Source: an uncultured Eubacteriales bacterium
GTDB lineage: Bacteria > Bacillota > Clostridia > Peptostreptococcales > Anaerovoracaceae
Direction of reading: 5' to 3'
DNA length: 37,990 nucleotides
Assembly: GCA_902797405.1 (NCBI GenBank)
Contig: CADBSP010000123.1
Coordinates: 1-37,990, forward strand
Part shown: positions 37,153 to 37,990 of the stretch, piece by piece
Numbering within the stretch: position 1 is the first letter of the stretch
Layout: each line of letters begins with the position of its first letter
The notes under the pieces: model-generated
Seen by the model: the letters and a program-made list of their open reading frames with translations, nothing else
Told to the model about the DNA's origin: nothing
The model's database searches: none
Made by a program: the position numbers and the translations under genes

Positions 37153-37782
37153 TTATCTTAAGCCATCGGATACCTTTTTATAGATAAGGTCGGCCTTTCC
37201 TGAGTATTCATTCAAAATGTCAATGATCTCTTCGTTCAAACCATCGGCATATTCTCTATCAGTCATCATTTTTGTATTTATAAAAACATTTAATGAAGCA
37301 GCCTCCATAGCCGCTCTGGAGAGTGTTGCCGCGCATCCCGCATCTGAAATCGCCAATCTGGAACCCTTCTCAGCAAAGCCCTCAATTACATCCAGAGATT
37401 TTGCTGTCTTTCTAACTATATCAGCCGGAACGGATGCGGCATTCCTAAGTGCCTCTTCCATAATTGATTCTCTACTTGGATCATCCTTTGGGATACTATA
37501 GGCTTCTGCCAAGGGAGCAAAAACCTCAGCATCTGCATCTACAAGTTTCAGAAAATCTTCTTGAAGTTTTCCAGCTTTTGAAACTAATTCCTTTATATCT
37601 TCCTCGACGTCGGCATATTTCTTCTTTCCGATGGTGAGCTCACCTACCATGCTTCCTAAGGAAATACCAAGTGCTGCCACAAATGCACTGGTTCCTCCGC
37701 CACCCGGCGTTGGAGACTTTGATGCAAGTTCCAGGGAATATGTTTCCAGACTTTTCTCAATCATCTTTTCCATATCTTCCAC
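37153..37782 (-). CDS. fchA: Cyclodeaminase/cyclohydrolase (FTCD C-terminal) family; probable methenyl-THF cyclohydrolase
   Basis: LASKSPTPGGG, LT.GKKKY, D.D..F, AISD, A.LNV.IN; adjacent to folD. Confidence 0.85.
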   Translation of the reverse strand: MEDMEKMIEKSLETYSLELASKSPTPGGGGTSAFVAALGISLGSMVGELTIGKKKYADVEEDIKELVSKAGKLQEDFLKLVDADAEVFAPLAEAYSIPKDDPSRESIMEEALRNAASVPADIVRKTAKSLDVIEGFAEKGSRLAISDAGCAATLSRAAMEAASLNVFINTKMMTDREYADGLNEEIIDILNEYSGKADLIYKKVSDGLR

Positions 37783-37842
37783 ACTTCTTTATCACGTAAT
37801 AGGCATTCAAGCTCAATTAATAATCTCTACTCATATCTTTTA

Positions 37843-37878
37843 TAATAATAAGCGCAGTAATCAAAGTACTACTGCGCC
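37843..37878 (-). terminator. Probable terminator downstream of tRNA-Arg
   Basis: GCGCAGTA...TACTGCGC stem followed by TTATTATT on the minus strand. Confidence 0.55.
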
Positions 37879-37909
37879 TAAAAGTTTTGAATATAATTTG
37901 GATACCAAA

Positions 37910-37985
37910 TGGTGCGCCAGATGGGGATCGAACCCATGGCCTTTTCATTCGGAGTGAAACACTCTATCCACTGAGCTACTGGCGC
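37910..37985 (-). tRNA. tRNA-Arg (anticodon CCG)
   Basis: GCGCCAGTAGCTCAGTGGATAGAGTG-TTTCA-CT-CCG-AA-TGAAA...GGTTCGATCCC...GCACCA. Confidence 0.93.
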
Positions 37986-37990
37986 ATACT

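Noticed and set aside
37783..37909. THF riboswitch upstream of the folate operon
   Set aside because: Only about 60 AT-rich nt lie between the tRNA terminator and fchA, with no recognisable aptamer; an Infernal search would confirm.

Overview
Bacillota (Clostridia-like) chromosomal DNA, almost all on the minus strand. Left ~10.4 kb (roughly 55-60% GC by spot counts): a truncated SpoVB/YabM-type flippase, mtaD, mfd, pth, prs, murC, a divergent spoVG plus BFD-like gene, and an Asp-His-Cys-Gln tRNA cluster. Right ~27.5 kb (roughly 35-45% GC): yigZ, codY, hslU, hslV, topA, a yraN-comM-dprA operon, a Cof hydrolase, an ispH-rpsA fusion, an 8-gene Tad/Flp pilus locus (its 46-aa Flp pilin is missing from the ORF track), an acyl-CoA ligase, trpS, a membrane-anchored SNase nuclease, a folate operon (fchA-folD-folT and a folC::5-formyl-THF cyclo-ligase fusion) and tRNA-Arg(CCG). 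Main finding: a direct-repeat box with an 11-bp period (TCCCCWTAC / TTCCCATAG on +) clusters at the promoters of both the Tad operon and the yraN-comM-dprA operon, and one Tad pseudopilin carries tandem Ada-like Cys/His modules. Together these suggest a co-regulated, Tad-pilus-based natural transformation system (inference). Also notable: an abrupt GC break at the tRNA cluster with core genes on both sides (possible chimeric assembly), and an internal promoter plus SD that could produce free S1 from the ispH-rpsA fusion. All calls are by eye; no database searches were run.
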